Shown here: in pieces, positions 16,021-30,679 of the stretch
Position numbering within the stretch: position 1 is the stretch's first letter
How the letters are laid out: every line of letters starts with the position of its first letter
Translations under genes and position numbers: made by a program
Assembly: GCF_009914755.1 (NCBI RefSeq)
Contig: NC_060927.1
DNA length: 64,000 nt
Source: the human T2T-CHM13v2.0 reference genome, Homo sapiens
Direction: 5' to 3' (one strand)
The notes under the pieces: model-generated
Seen by the model: the letters and a program-made list of their open reading frames with translations, nothing else
What the model was told of the DNA's origin: nothing
Databases searched by the model: none

Positions 16021-16273
16021 TGTAGGGAGACCCCCTGAAACTATTGCTACAGAATAAAAGATGAAATGCTCCTGATTATTGTAAATACAAAATTGCATGC
16101 AGGATTGTATAAAGACAATGCCAGGTTGGACTGCCAGAACGAGCCAACAGCGTGTGATGTGCTTCCCCCTGCAGAGAGCCTATGAATGGACGTGCAGTCA
16201 GGGAGGTTTCACATCACCAAGATTCCTATCCCAGAAAACCAGATGTTTATAGCTCTGGGAATGGAGTGTGACC
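16021..16273 (+). mobile_element. 5' (U3) fragment of an ERVK LTR, MER11D-like (HML-7)
   Basis: Starts TGTAGGGAGACCCCCTGAAACTATTGCTA, matches the recalled consensus closely, and ends abruptly after GGAATGGAGTGTGACC. Confidence 0.75.
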
Positions 16274-16499
16274 AGATTCCTGTCTATAGAAACTTTCACT
16301 CTTTTCAAGGACATTATTATATTCAAACTTAACTTTGATTATGCCATGTATATATTAACACCATCAAATTAAAGGGTCCTGTAAAGATTTCTTCAACAGA
16401 AATTAGAGATGTCAAATGTCTGTGACTTTTACCCTATAGTAAAGTTACTTTGGTTACTTTAAATGAGATGACTTTATTAAAAAAAATCTTCAAGGGGTT

Positions 16500-16660
16500 C
16501 AAATTTAGAGACTCAGGTTCAGAGAGATTGATGGAGTCCACCCACTGCCATTCTGAAACCAAGAAATATTAAGTGGCTTCCTCAAGGTGACACACAGAAA
16601 GAATAGAAAAGCTGAGAGGAGAACCCGAGTTGTCTAGCTTTCAATCAGGTGTCCCTTTTT
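16500..16660 (-). mobile_element. MIR fragment
   Basis: CAGAGAG...AAGTGGCTTCCTCAAGGTGACACACAG...GAACCCGAG. Confidence 0.55.
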
Positions 16661-17077
16661 TAATATATAAATTATCTTATTAACACACACACTTTACTGA
16701 TGAGACAACTAATAATCAATATGGTATGTATAGGAATAAATCATGGCATTAGAACTAAAATTAAGCAGCACATTGTGGTCAAGAAGCTTTAGGAGGTAGA
16801 GAAAATGGGAAGTGTTCTCTGAAACCTAGAAGACAGGAGAGGTTGACTTTGACATAGAGGAGATTTATGTTCTAGCATTTGGGCATGCATGCAAAATGGC
16901 TACATGAGAGACTAATATTTCTTGGTTTCAGTATAAGACCCACCTGTAGCTGACTTGTGATGGGCAGGTGTTGCAGGGATTTTGTTAAGATTTGCTTTTT
17001 GAAGAGGGAAAAATTTAGGGCTGCCTTAGATGACATTTTAAAGTAAGCATAATTCATCTCAAATTTAAATTAAGGAA

Positions 17078-17132
17078 TTTTAATTTAATTTAATTTAATT
17101 TAATTTAATTTAATTAAGGAAATTTAATTTAT
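17078..17132. repeat. (TTTAA)n pentanucleotide repeat
   Basis: About 7 perfect units bracketed by AATTAAGGAA. Confidence 0.9.
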
Positions 17133-17230
17133 TTGTTACATCCCATAATTTATCCTCATATTCTGTGATGTCTCACCTTGACACTTCTGCTGCTATGTTA
17201 TTAATCTAACCCACAACTGATGTACACTAT

Positions 17231-17609
17231 TGTATTAGTCTGTTCTCACACTGCTAAATAAGACATACCTAAGACTAGGTAATTTATAAAGGAAAGAGAT
17301 TTAATTGACTCACAGTTCTGTAGGGCTGGGGAGGCCCCAGGAAACTTACAATCATGGCAGAAACGGAAGCAAGCACATCCTTCTTCATATGGTGGCAGGA
17401 AGGAGAAGAATGACAGCCGAGTGAAGGGGGAAGCCCCTTATAAAACCATCAGCTCTCGTGAGAACTTACTCACTATCATGAGAATAGTGTGGGGGAAACT
17501 GCCTCCATGATTCAATTACCTCCCACTGGGTCCCTCCCACAACACATGAGGATTATAGGAGCTACAGTTCAAAATGAGATTTGGGTGGGGACACAGTCAA
17601 ATCATATCA
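17231..17609 (-). mobile_element. THE1C-type solo LTR
   Basis: TGTATTAGTC...CATATCA termini. Perfect TSD ACTAT at 17226-17230 and 17610-17614. Confidence 0.93.
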
Positions 17610-18029
17610 ACTATTCCTGTTTCCTCTTTTTTCAATATTTTCCTGCTTCTCCTCCTTCCATTTCTCAATTTTTAGGTTTTTTTCTTTTCCTAAAAGAAAA
17701 TCAAAATTTCTTATCTTAGCCACAAAGGTTGATCAGATCTCCTAAAACAGTTCCAACTGTTTTATCTCAGTGAATCTACATGGTAGCTTCTAAAGTAGTA
17801 TTGGGGACAAAGAACAGGACAGAGTACCTTCCATCAAATCATAGTATGTGGTATGCAAGATGTATAAATGTATGTAAACTTGCATAAAATGGGTCCTGGG
17901 CAAATAGACAAAAAGAAAGGGTTAATTTGTTCTCTTTCCAAAGATGAATTTATCATTTACATATATTTATAAGGATTACTTATGATATATAATTGCGATA
18001 AAGCATAAAACTTCTAAACACAATCCACA

Positions 18030-18090
18030 CTTATTCATTTAGCAAATATTTAATGAGTGCCAAAATAGGACAGGAACTCTGTTACATATT
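18030..18090 (-). mobile_element. L2 3' end fragment
   Basis: ATTCATTTAGCAAATATTTAATGAGTGCC motif. Confidence 0.45.
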
Positions 18091-21000
18091 CTTAAATAAG
18101 TTGATGTCTGAGAAAAAGACTATTGAGACTGACTTAAATGATTAACATTAAATCAAAATAATTACATATTTATGTACAAAAATAATTTTATTTACATAGA
18201 CTTGGTGTCTTCACATGAATTTTCTTCTGATATACCATTGTCATATCTACAAATAAAAATTAAAATACAGTACAGGTATTACATCCAGTATCACTCCCCT
18301 AACATAAGAATTTTAATTGTTTTAAATGTTCTCCAAGAGTAATTAATGAAAATGTAGAATTGTATAAAAATTCATTAGGGAACTATTTGATACAAGATGT
18401 GCATCTTTTTGTCACCTATACCTTGCTGCTTACAGTGTAGTTTTGTAGCCAGCAATAACAGCAAAAACTGGGAACTTGATAGAAATTCAGAATCCCAGCC
18501 CAGATTTAGTGAATCAAATCAGAACTGTATAGATGTTTCCCTAGTGAATAGTATCACATTCATATTTAAAAAACACTCACTGACTTAAGACAAGAACTGG
18601 ATTGGCTGTATCTAGTCTCATCACATGGTGTAAAAGGTTTCATGCATGACGCAAAATATAGGAAATGAGAATTACACTTTATTTTGCCATAATGTTCATG
18701 AAAAATAGGTTCTTAATTTTTGCCAGCTCAGTATACCATTTCCACAAATACTGAGAAGAAATGTCAGAGAACGTGCAGGATATTCTGGATATTTGGAATC
18801 TATTCTGGCCATCAAGAAACCTACTCATTCATGAAGGTCTTAGGTACATCCTTGAATTCGTCAGAATCGACCCACCAATTGAATTTATCAGTGTTCAGTT
18901 TTAATTGCAGAAATAAACTCTGATCTAACTGAGATCTCTCAGAGTTACATCCTTGAAAATCTTATAATTTTTCTTAAAATTTTTAAAAAATTTAATACAG
19001 ATCTATTTATTTTTCCTATACTTCTTCATGTGATTTTTGGTAGGTTTTGTGTTTTAGTCTCCATGACCTCACAGGAAGGAAAGAGAATTTGGGCAATGTT
19101 CTTCCCATTTATCCGCTAGTAAGACTGACCTAAGTTTAAATATACAGATTTCCACATGCACTTCTCCAGACCAGTGCCTGCCTCTTACCTAGACCTAATA
19201 GCACGACTCTCTAGGGAAAGACCAATCTTTCTTTTCCTGCCTTATTTTCCTCTCTTCATTTTATCCTTCACTTTATTGTTGGCTCACCAAAAAAAAAAAA
19301 AACAAAAAACAAAAAAAAAAAACAAAACATACACACACAAAACAAAAAATTGGAATCATATTACTCATCATTCTGGCCATACTCAGACCAGTGGCCGCTT
19401 ACCCTTGGAGTAGGATGATGTAGTGACAGCATTAACACAATAAACACTCTTAATGAAGAACATTCAAACCAGAATGCAATTTCGTCATTTCTGCTTTTCT
19501 TAGACAGCATCTTTCTCTCCATCTGTCCTGAGTTTAGAGCCAAAGTCTGCTCTAGACAAATTTAGTGTCTGTGGGAATGGATGTGGAGGAGTTCAAAGAC
19601 CAGCCTCCTGGGTGGGTTGCCAAAGAATAAAAAATGTAGAAAAGCTTCTTTTCTTGCCATCAGGGAAAGGAAAAAAAAACCTCTGTCTGTGGGAACCCCA
19701 CCTAATGTGGCATTAAAAAGCACCATACCATCCCAGGACTCAAACTTGTCTTCTCTGTTTCTTAGGGTTAGCACCCAAAATGGAGATCTTTTTTGTTTCT
19801 CAGGAGGTGACATCATCGATTTCTCCCAAAACCCACCTGGGAAAATGGTCGCACTTCACAAAGCACTGACACCATCATACCCCAGCTCCTTGCCTTGCTA
19901 TTCCCAAAGACAAAATCGTAGCCTTTTTTACTTTATGGGTTTTGCCTCAAATCTCTTTGGGAAAATAGAAGATTACAAATAAAAAAGTATAAGAATGTTA
20001 TACATTTTTTATGGCTCTTACCCTATATTTTTTTACTCTCTCCAAACAGAAAAGGAAAGCCACATTTGTCCCCTACTTTTATCTTCCTGCAGTAGACATA
20101 CTATAAATGTTCCTCTTCTCTGTGTGTTTCCTTCATAGTACTCTCTTTCTGCTCCAAAAGTGCCATCAAAACATATTTTTTGCATTATTTCCAATAAGTA
20201 ATTATTTGTGAGTTTCCAGACTTGGATTCCTCTGGAATCCAGAGAGTTCATTACATCTTTGTTCTGCCTAAGGAAGTTTATATTTGTACAAAACAATGTG
20301 CTGAATGGTTACAGGTGGCTTAGAAAGAAACCTTAAACATAGCAAGAAAACACAACTTCACGTTTGTAAGAAAATAGAAAGGGAAAATTAGGGGTGGGGG
20401 GGAACAAAATACAATGAAAGTGTCCGTAAAAGTCATACAAAATTACATTCTATGCATAACTATCTTTTACTTTAATCTGCCTTTTTTTTTCTTTGCAAGG
20501 AACAGTGTCTCATTGGAGCAATTTTAAGGAAAAGAGGAATTAATGTGGACTGGAAAATTGTCAGGCACCGAGGACTGCTACTCTGCACTCGGTCATAATA
20601 TACTTTTGTACTTTCTTATGACATCTCGGGTTGTTTTTACTGTGGTTATTGTTTCTCTGAGTTTATTTTCATTGCCTCGCTTATTACTTCCTCTACTGTG
20701 TTATAGATGTTGCTATCTCATTACTGTTGTGTCACTTGGTCTGTCTACCTGATTTCATCTGATAAAATTTTTTGGCTTCTTCTACCCCTTCATCTCCTAC
20801 CATCCTGCTGTCAACTGCCATGTTCTTTAGGCATTTTCCAGAAAATCAGATCACTGAAAGAATGTGTCTTTTTATACCAGCTAAGCACTAGCTAGCCCAT
20901 AAGTGGGCTACTTTGACATAAAACAAACAAAAACAACAAAACCCCACTCCTCATTTAATCACGGAAATGAAGGTAGAAACGTAGATAAATTTGAAAATGA

Positions 21001-21529
21001 AACAAAAGCCAAACAAACAAAAAAAAACACTAGCTTCCCAGATAAGGTATGGCTGAGACAGATTATTTTAAAGAGAGGCTTGTGTAGAGCAGGCATCCTG
21101 ACGTGTACAGTGTATTTTACTACTTTGCATCCTGTACCCATTTTTACATAGATACAGACGCAAAGATGCCTGTATTCGGTAAATTGCCCAACTATTTAGA
21201 TGTCCAGCTACATTAAATTCCAAATTATCTCCAATAAAAACAGTCATAGTTAAGTCCAGCTTCTTCAGTTAGAGCAATACCATTGAGACATTTCAATTAA
21301 TTGCTTTGATTAAATGTGGCATTAATATAAAATAATATTTAAAAATTGTGTTTAAAACATAAATAAAACCAGTGCATAAACAACAAAACCCCATGTACCC
21401 ACCTTTAGTTGAAGACATTATAATGTGGACTTACCTTTGAAATTGTCTGTGTGATCCTCCTCGATCCCCTTTTCTCTCTTCTCCACAAAGGTTTTGTGTG
21501 GTTGTTATTTACTTGTTTAGCATCACAGC

Positions 21530-21880
21530 TTTTTTTTTTTTTTTTTTTTGGTTTGATTTGGTTTGGGCTTTTTGTTTTGTTTTGTTTTGTTTTGTCTTTT
21601 AATTTTTTTTGAGACAGAGTCTTGCTCTGTCGCCCAAGTTGGAGTGCAGCGGTGCAATCTCAGCTCACTGCAACCTCCACCTCCTGGGTTCAAGCAATTC
21701 TTGTGCCTCAGCTGGGGTTACTGGCATGCCCCACCATGCCTGACTAACTTTTATATTTTTAGTAGCGATGGGATTTCACCATGTTGGCCAAACTGGTCTG
21801 GAACTCCTGGCCTCAAGTGATCCATCCGCTTCAGCCTCCCAAAGTGTTGAGATTACAGGCATGAGCCACGGTGCCCGGCC
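21530..21880 (-). mobile_element. Alu (Jb/Sz-type) with an approximately 80-bp compound T-rich tail
   Basis: Reverse Alu ending GGTGCCCGGCC, with a small right-arm deletion. Confidence 0.93.
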
Positions 21881-22224
21881 TGGTCATATATTTTTTAACG
21901 TAATTGTGTCCATAAAGAATATCCTATTTAGTTTTGCAGGTGTTTGGACTTTACATAAGTTGGAGAAAACTGTGTGCAGTCTTCAGAAACATTATTTTAA
22001 TATTATGTTCTGGAGACCTATTTATGCTATTGTATATGACAGTGTGTCTAGCTGTGACACATATTTTTACTAATGTCCAACAGCAATGTGTCAGTATAAC
22101 AAAATTTATCAATCCAGTCTATTATTTATGAGCATTTTCAGTTGTTTCCAATATTTTGGAATTAAAACGTTACTGCCAAGAACTTGTTCCTGATGCACAT
22201 GTGCAAACGTGTTTCTAAAATATG

Positions 22225-22561
22225 CAGATTGACCATCTTTGATCTAAAAATCTGAAATTCATATTGCTCCAAAACTCAAATCTTTTCAAGTGCTGACATG
22301 GCAACACAATTGGAAAATTCCACACATAAATACTCAACACAAACTTTGTTTCATGCATAAAATCATTTAAAATATTGTATAAAATTACCTTTTTGGCTAT
22401 GTGTATAAGGAATATATGAAACTTAAATGAATTTTGTGTTTAGACTTGGGTCCCATCCCCAAGATATCTCATTATGTATATGCAAATGTTCCAAAATCCC
22501 CCCAGAATAATCTGAAATCTAAAACACTTCTAAGCATTTCAGACAAGGAGTACTCAACCTG
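22225..22561 (-). mobile_element. Tigger4b (Zombi/MER46-type) non-autonomous DNA transposon
   Basis: Terminal inverted repeats CAGATTGACCATC/GTACTCAACCTG, a TA on the right side, and core TTAGACTTGGGTCCCATCCCCAAGATATCTC. Confidence 0.88.
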
Positions 22562-22620
22562 TATATCTTGGGAGCAAAGCTGTTGAGTCATAGAGTGTAC
22601 ACATCATCCACTTTCCTAGA

Positions 22621-23315
<695 letters not shown>

Positions 23316-23829
23316 CTAAAGCATTCCAAATTATTTTCCATAGTGGTTGAAACAATGGATACATACACTTTCAAGTTTACATACATAAACTTGGCACATA
23401 CACTTTCAATATATGTGCCAAGTGTACTGTATCTTTAGAAATACTTGGCACTATCCAACTTTCAAAATTTTACAAATCTCATGAGTGAATAATTATTTTT
23501 ATTTTGCTTTACCCTTATTACTAATAAGATTAGGGGTGTTATGTTGTTTGGTTTGTTTTGCATTTTTTATTCATCTTTTAGTTTTCCTCTTTAATGAAGT
23601 GCTTGTTTATGTTTTTCCTTTTTAGTTGCTTGCTTTCCTTTTTGTTGATTTGATTGATACCAAGCACTGTTTATTTGTTAAGTGTTTTCCAGTAATAGAG
23701 TTGTGAGTATTTGTTTCCAGTTTGTGTTTTGACTTTCTACTTTATTTATAGTGCTTTTAGATGAATAGCACCTCCAAATTTTAATGTTCTCAAATTTATT
23801 GATTTATGAAGTTGTTTGTGTTTGAGGAC

Positions 23830-25924
23830 AAGTAAAACACTTCAAAAAACTAAAAGTTTTCCTCCTAAGATAAGGAAAAAGACAAGGATGTGTACTCTCA
23901 GCATTCTTAACATACCTCTGAAAATTCTAGTGAGTACAATAATGCAAGAAAATGAAATAAAAGGCATACAAACTGGAATATAATAAGTAAAACTGTCTTT
24001 ATTTGTAGGTGACAAGACTGCCTACATAGAAAATTGAAATGAATCTACCAAAAAAAATCCTCAAAATAATATGTGAGTTCAGCCAAGTCACAAGATACAA
24101 GAAAAATATACAAATTATTTTTATTTTTATATGTTAGCAATGACCCTGTGAAAGTCAAAATTTAAAATAAAATACCATTTTCAATATCTAAAAATATGCA
24201 ATAGCTGTCAACAACATAGACAGGACTTATATGCTGAAAACTGTAAAACACAGATCAAAGAAATCAAAGAGGATCTAAATAAATGTGGAGACAGACTATG
24301 TTTATAGATTGAAAAAGTCAAAATAATAAAGATTTTACTTTTCCCCAGATGGAAAAATTTTTAGCACAATTGTTTTCAAAGTCCACACGATTTCTTATAG
24401 ATATAGATAATGTTATACTAAAATTTATATGAAGAGACAAAGGAACCAAAATAGATATAAGTGATCATGACAAACAAAAATAAATTTAGAAGAATCTGTT
24501 TACTTGATTTTAAGACTTATTATAAAGCTCTGTGATACTGACAGGAGGATATAAACATACATCAATAGAACACAATATGGAAGAGAGAAATGGGCCTGTA
24601 CAAATATTGCCAACTGATTTTTAAATAAAGATACAGAAGCCATTTAATGGAGGAAAGATGGCCTTTTCAATATGTGCAACTGGAGCAGCTAGACATCTCT
24701 AGGAAAAGAGAGGAAGGAAGGAAGGAAGGAAGGAAGGGAGGGAGGGAGGGAGGGAGGGAGGGAGGAAGGGAGGGAGGGAGGAAGGAAGGACGGACAGATG
24801 GGGGGAGGGAGGGAAGAGGAGAGGAGAGGAGAAGAAAAGAAAGAGAAGAGAAGAGAAGGGAAGACGAAGGAAGGAAGGAAGGAAGGAAAAGGAAGGAGAG
24901 AAAAAAGAGAAAAAAAGAAGAAGTAGAAAGAAGAGAAAGAAAGAGAGAGAAAGAGAGAAAGAAAGGGAGGGAGGGAGGAAGGAAAGAAGGAAGAAAGGAG
25001 GGAGGGAGGGAAGAGGAGAGGAGAGGAGAGGAGAAGAGAAGAGAAAGGAAAGAAGGGAAAGGAATGAGAGAAAAAAGAGAAAAAGAAGAAATAGAAAGAA
25101 GAGAAAGAAAGAGAGAGAAAGAGAGAAAGAAAGAAGGGAGGAAGGAAGGAGAGGGAGGGAAGGAGGGAGGGAGGGAAGAAGGAAGAAAGGAAGGAAGGAA
25201 GGACGGAAGGAAGGAGAGAGAAGGAAGGAAGGAAGGAGAAAGAAAGAAAGAGAGAGAAAGAAAAGGAAGAAAGAGAGAGAGAGAAAGAAAAGGAAGAAAG
25301 AGAGAGAGAGAAAGGAATGGGGGAAGGGAGGGAAGAAGGGAAAGAAGGGAGGTTGGGGAGAGAGAAAGAAGGAAGAAAAAAGGAAGGAAGCATAGAGGGA
25401 GAAGAGGGAAGAAAGAAAGAGAAATTTGACCTAAGAACTTTGATCTTACACAAGAGTCAATATAAATTGGATCACAGGCTTAACTGTAAAATATAAAACT
25501 TCTAGAAAAAAAAGTATGAGAAAATCTTTGGGATTGAGGGCTAGGTGAGCATTTTTAAGACTATAGCAAAAGCATAATCCATAAAAGAAAAAATTAATAA
25601 ATTGCACTTCATCAAAATTTTTATAAATTATCTGTGAAAGACCTAGTTAAGGTGATGAGATGAAAAGCTGTAAAATAATGCAAACAACATATCTAACAAA
25701 TGATTGGTATCTAGAAAAGAAAAACAAAATTTTCAAAACTCAACAATAAAAAATCTAATTGGAACATGAACAAAAGATATAGAAAGACATTTCACGGAAT
25801 AGGATATACAAATGGAAAATGAACACATGAAAAGATGTTCAACGTCATTACCTAGTAGGGAAATAAAGATTAAAACTACAATATTACATCACTACAAAAC
25901 TATAAAAAACTTCTACAGTAAAAA
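23830..25924 (+). mobile_element. Old L1M (L1MC/MD-type) ORF2 RT to C-terminal region, decayed
   Basis: AAACTGTCTTTATTTGTAGGTGACAAGACTG (LFADDM region); GAAATCAAAGAGGATCTAAATAAATG; CACATGAAAAGATGTTCAACGTCATTA. Confidence 0.85.
24702..25423. repeat. About 720-bp polypurine (GGAA/GGGA/GAAA/GA) low-complexity tract
   Basis: Nearly pure A/G on the + strand, with an internal duplicated block. Confidence 0.97.
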
Positions 25925-25926
25925 TA

Positions 25927-26998
25927 CAGTTGAACCTTGAACAATGCGGGGGTTAGCTGTGCTGACTCCCTGGGTAGTTGAAAATTTGCATATAAATTTT
26001 GACTCACCAAAGAGTTAACTACTAATAGTCTACTGTCAACCAAAAGCCTTACTGATAACATAGTCTTTTAATACATATTTTATGTTATATGTATAACACT
26101 GTAAGAAAATGTTAATAAGAAAATCATAAGAAAGTGAAAACATATTTACTATTGATTGAGTGGAACTGGATAATCATAAAGGTTTTCATCCTTGACATCT
26201 TCATATTGAATAGGAGGAGGTAAAGGAGAGGTTGGTCTTGCTGTCTCAGGGGTGGCAGAGGTGGGCAAAGTGGAGGAGGTGGAAGGGGAGGCAGGAGAGG
26301 CAGGCACCCAGAGTGAAAATTTATAGAAATACATTGTAATTTCTGTCTGACTTTTTTGTGTTTTCATTTCTCTAAAAATGTCTCTATACAATACCAATCC
26401 TTCTCCCACCATTTGCTGAAGGGTACATGTCATAAAATAATTGGAAATAATCCATAAATAATCAGAACCCTTCTGCCAGATTGACTCAAGTCGGTGTGTC
26501 TTCTGGCATTGATTCTTCTATGCCTTCATCCTCATTATCTGACACTGGTTCAGAAGCACTGATTTCCATGAAACTGTCTTTTGTTTATTCCTTTGGTGTA
26601 GTGTCTATCAGCACTTGATGTTCTCCAAGATCCATATCTTTAAACCCACCAACGCCCACCTTTTTTTTTTTGCATATTCACAACCTCTTTCCTAATTTCT
26701 TTGATTTGTTCTGTCATCACTCCTATGAAGTCATGCACAACATCTAAACACAGTTTTCTCCAGCAGGAATTTATTGTTTCAGGCATGATGGCTTTCATGG
26801 CTTTTTCTGTAACAATGACATCATCTTCAGTGATGTAATTCTTCTAGATTTTCATGATGTTCATTAGTATTCTCTTTCATAGTGTTGACAATTCTTGCAT
26901 AGAGCACTATGTGTAATGAGACTTAAAGGTATTTATGACCCCCTATTCTAGAGGCTGAATTAGAGATACTGTGTTTGGGAGCAAGAAGACCACTTCAA
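25927..26998 (-). mobile_element. Tigger2 3' portion with a decayed transposase C-terminus
   Basis: TA followed by the TIR CAGTTGAaCCTTGAACAA. Minus-strand translation gives EVVFLLPNTVSLIQPLE (DDE-domain QPLD motif) and QTEITMYF...PASPASPSTSS. Confidence 0.92.
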
Positions 26999-27089
26999 AT
27001 TATAAAAATTAAGAATAGAAAACATTTAAAAATTTTGTAATGCTTTTAAAACTATTTAACCTTGTATTTCTTCTATGACCTGTTTTGAT

Positions 27090-27410
27090 AAATTATAATT
27101 TTCTAGCAATTTAGGCATTCCATTTATTTTTACTATTTATATCAGACTTAATTTATTTGTGGCTAGAAAAATTAGCTGCATGCTACCAATCCTGTGAAAT
27201 CCATTGAGACTTGCTTTATAGGCCAGCATGTGGTCTGTGTTTGTGATTCAGAAGAATGTGTACCTATATGTTGAGGTGAAGTGTTTCATGTAAAAGAATT
27301 AGATCAAGCTTGCTAATTGGTTCTTACAATCTTATTTATCGTTGTTGCTTTTTTGGTCTCCCTCTCTACCAAATACTGAGAGAAATATGTTCAGATATTC
27401 CTAAAATATT
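27090..27410 (-). mobile_element. Old L1M ORF2 fragment
   Basis: ATTGAGACTTGCTTTATAGGCCAGCATGTGGTC...GAAGAATGTGTA motif. Confidence 0.65.
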
Positions 27411-27554
27411 ATAAATAAAGCAATCTTTAAAAGTGGAGTGTGAGTTCTTGGGGAGTTTTATGGCAAATCATACTTGGATAAAATTGAAAACATTAGGAAA
27501 AACTGTTAACAGACTGAAGAAAAAATATAACTAATACGTTTACATCATTCGATT

Positions 27555-27930
27555 TTAACCAGTCAACAAACCATATTTGTATCCACTGTATGCCAGGCAT
27601 TAAAAAAATAAGACAAGAGTTCTGTAAAATACCTTCCAGTATGCATATGCAAATAAAGTGTACATCAATTTTGATAGAAGATGGCATTTGATGAAAGTTC
27701 TAAAAGAGTGGAACAAACAAAAGACTAATGGAAGCCAAGGGAAGTGGTTACTTCTAGACAAGTAGATCAAAAATGCCCTCAGATGAAGCAGTGGACTCTT
27801 GAAGGATGAGTAAAATTATGACAAAGAAAAATGGAGAAAGAATGTATTTTCCAAAAGTGAGAAGGCAATAAAATATTGGCTTGTTTAGGAAAATTGAGTT
27901 TTTCCAATTTGATTAAAATGTAGGGCTCAT
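27555..27930 (-). mobile_element. L2 fragment
   Basis: CAACAAACCATATTTGTATCCACTGTATGCCAGGCA; TCTTGAAGGATGAGTA. Confidence 0.6.
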
Positions 27931-27964
27931 AATATATCTGGGTGATATGTCAAGGTAGGGTGAT

Positions 27965-28673
<709 letters not shown>

Positions 28674-30679
28674 GTGATATACTGGAATAATAAAAAATGA
28701 TGCCTATTTGCCTTTGGTTAGCCTTTGAAAGCCATCACACATATATACACTTTCTTTTAAAAACATTTACTACTTTCAATTTCAGCTGGTTATTAACATG
28801 AGGATCCCTCATACTTAATCCTCGCTTTATCTGTTCTTCTGTTGCTCCATTTTTACCTCCTTAACAGGACTCCAAATGTTAATCATCTAAATCTAGTGTC
28901 TCTTCGACCACACGAGCTCTCCCATAAAAAAATCTTCTAGCTTAAGAATAGTTCATGAATATCTATATATAAGGAAGATGAGTCAATGGGGCATATATGA
29001 AAATAGGCATATGACCAATGTAATTGTAGAATATGCCATAGTGCTGAATCGTAGAAGGTAAAATGTGAGTTTATTTTAATTCCACATAATGTATTTGCTA
29101 GAAGAATATTTACTTTTGTTTTTGTTACAGAGTTCAGGTTTCCTTATTTACTAAATGTCACTTAAGAACTCTAAAGAGTGACCTACAGCTAAATCTTACC
29201 TGGAAATAAATGAGCAACATGGTATTCATCTCTCATTCATCTGCTAGTTTGGATTTGATGTGGCATCTATAAAAAGCACATCATGTTAACATATAGCTAA
29301 TAGGACAGCCATGAGTTGTACAAGTTAATTGAGGCTTGGTTTCAAATAGTGTGTCTGCTCATTTAATATTCTTCTAAGCTTCCAGCAGTTTTAATTTGTG
29401 AAAGCAATCACTTTACCTAGAAGTCATATGCTGTCTTATTTTTATTACAAATTGCTGTTTAATGATGAGTGTGTTCTTTCCCCATAAAAGATTGTGAGTC
29501 ATTTACTAAAGGACTGAGGCTAGGTTTCCCATTTCTGTTGTATCTTCTGTAGTAGTTTGGTATTCTGCAAAGAGTGCATATTGGAAAAATATGGAAAACA
29601 GAAGTCATAGGTAAAAAGTGTCACAGATAGCATTTTATATAAATGAGAAAACCAAAAGAGTAAGCAATATTTAAAAGAAGGTTGAACATGGATCTATGAT
29701 GAGAACAAGTCATAAGCAAGGGTTGTAATCAATTTAATTATGTGCCCTTGAGGTATAAAGGGGAAAAATGTTAGGAAAGTATTTCAAGCTTGCTCATAAA
29801 CCAATGAAATCTAAGCCCTTTATGATTCTAATATTGTAAAACATCAAAGAAAATTATTTAAGCAGTTTAGTTTGTTAGCACAGCAAGATGAATAAAGTTA
29901 TATTAAATATTGATTTTGTCATATCATTTCCCACTCTGATATTACAGAAAAAAGAAAATTTTAACAGTAATTTTTAAGGGTAGATGTGCAAAATTGAAAA
30001 CAAAGAATACTTGGAGCATTCACAGCTGATAAGAGATATTTTTTATACTGCTTCATCTTACTCTATTTTCTTTCATTTAACTGGGGATGATTTGCTGAAA
30101 TTCAGCAATTTTGCTTTTTATAGTAAAGAAACTGACAGATGTATTTGGCTGCAGAAATATCTCTGAACTAGTTCCAAAAGATATATAAGAAAAAAGAAAG
30201 TTTCTCATATATGTATGTGTTGTGAGTGTGTAATTATTATTTTTACAGAGGTTTCAGAAAACACATTTCTTAGCATATCTAAGTTAGGATTTCAAATCAG
30301 AATTTTAAGAGATGACCTTCATAATTTATGCATCTTCTTTCTTAACAATATAGAGATCTATGCCATTCAAATACATAACATTGACATTCTTATTGAGGAA
30401 AAAAGAAAGTGAGCACAAATTGTGAGTAAAATATATCCCATTAAATTATGTTTTGGCAAATGCTTGTTACCACCGTCATCATCAATAAATGTTTTTCAAG
30501 GATCCTCCATGAGTCAAGCTAAAAATGAGTTTTTGGGTTTATGAGGTCATCAGATGTAGAATCCTTAAAATAAGATATGCATTTTTTATTTGCAGACAAC
30601 AGAATAATTTACTGTACCTAGTTTGAGCTCAAATAGATTTATTAAAGGATGTTTGAAACTTCACAGTATTATAGGAACA

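Noticed and set aside
19581-19982. 133-aa ORF in unique DNA
   Set aside because: No recognisable domain or exon structure, and compatible with chance in 64 kb.
24647-25453. 260-aa (+) and 254-aa (-) ORFs
   Set aside because: Artefact of the polypurine tract. Stop codons need both T and A, and each strand almost lacks one of them.
26149-26433. Domesticated TIGD-like gene
   Set aside because: Decayed Tigger2 with upstream stops, and the N-terminal part is missing.
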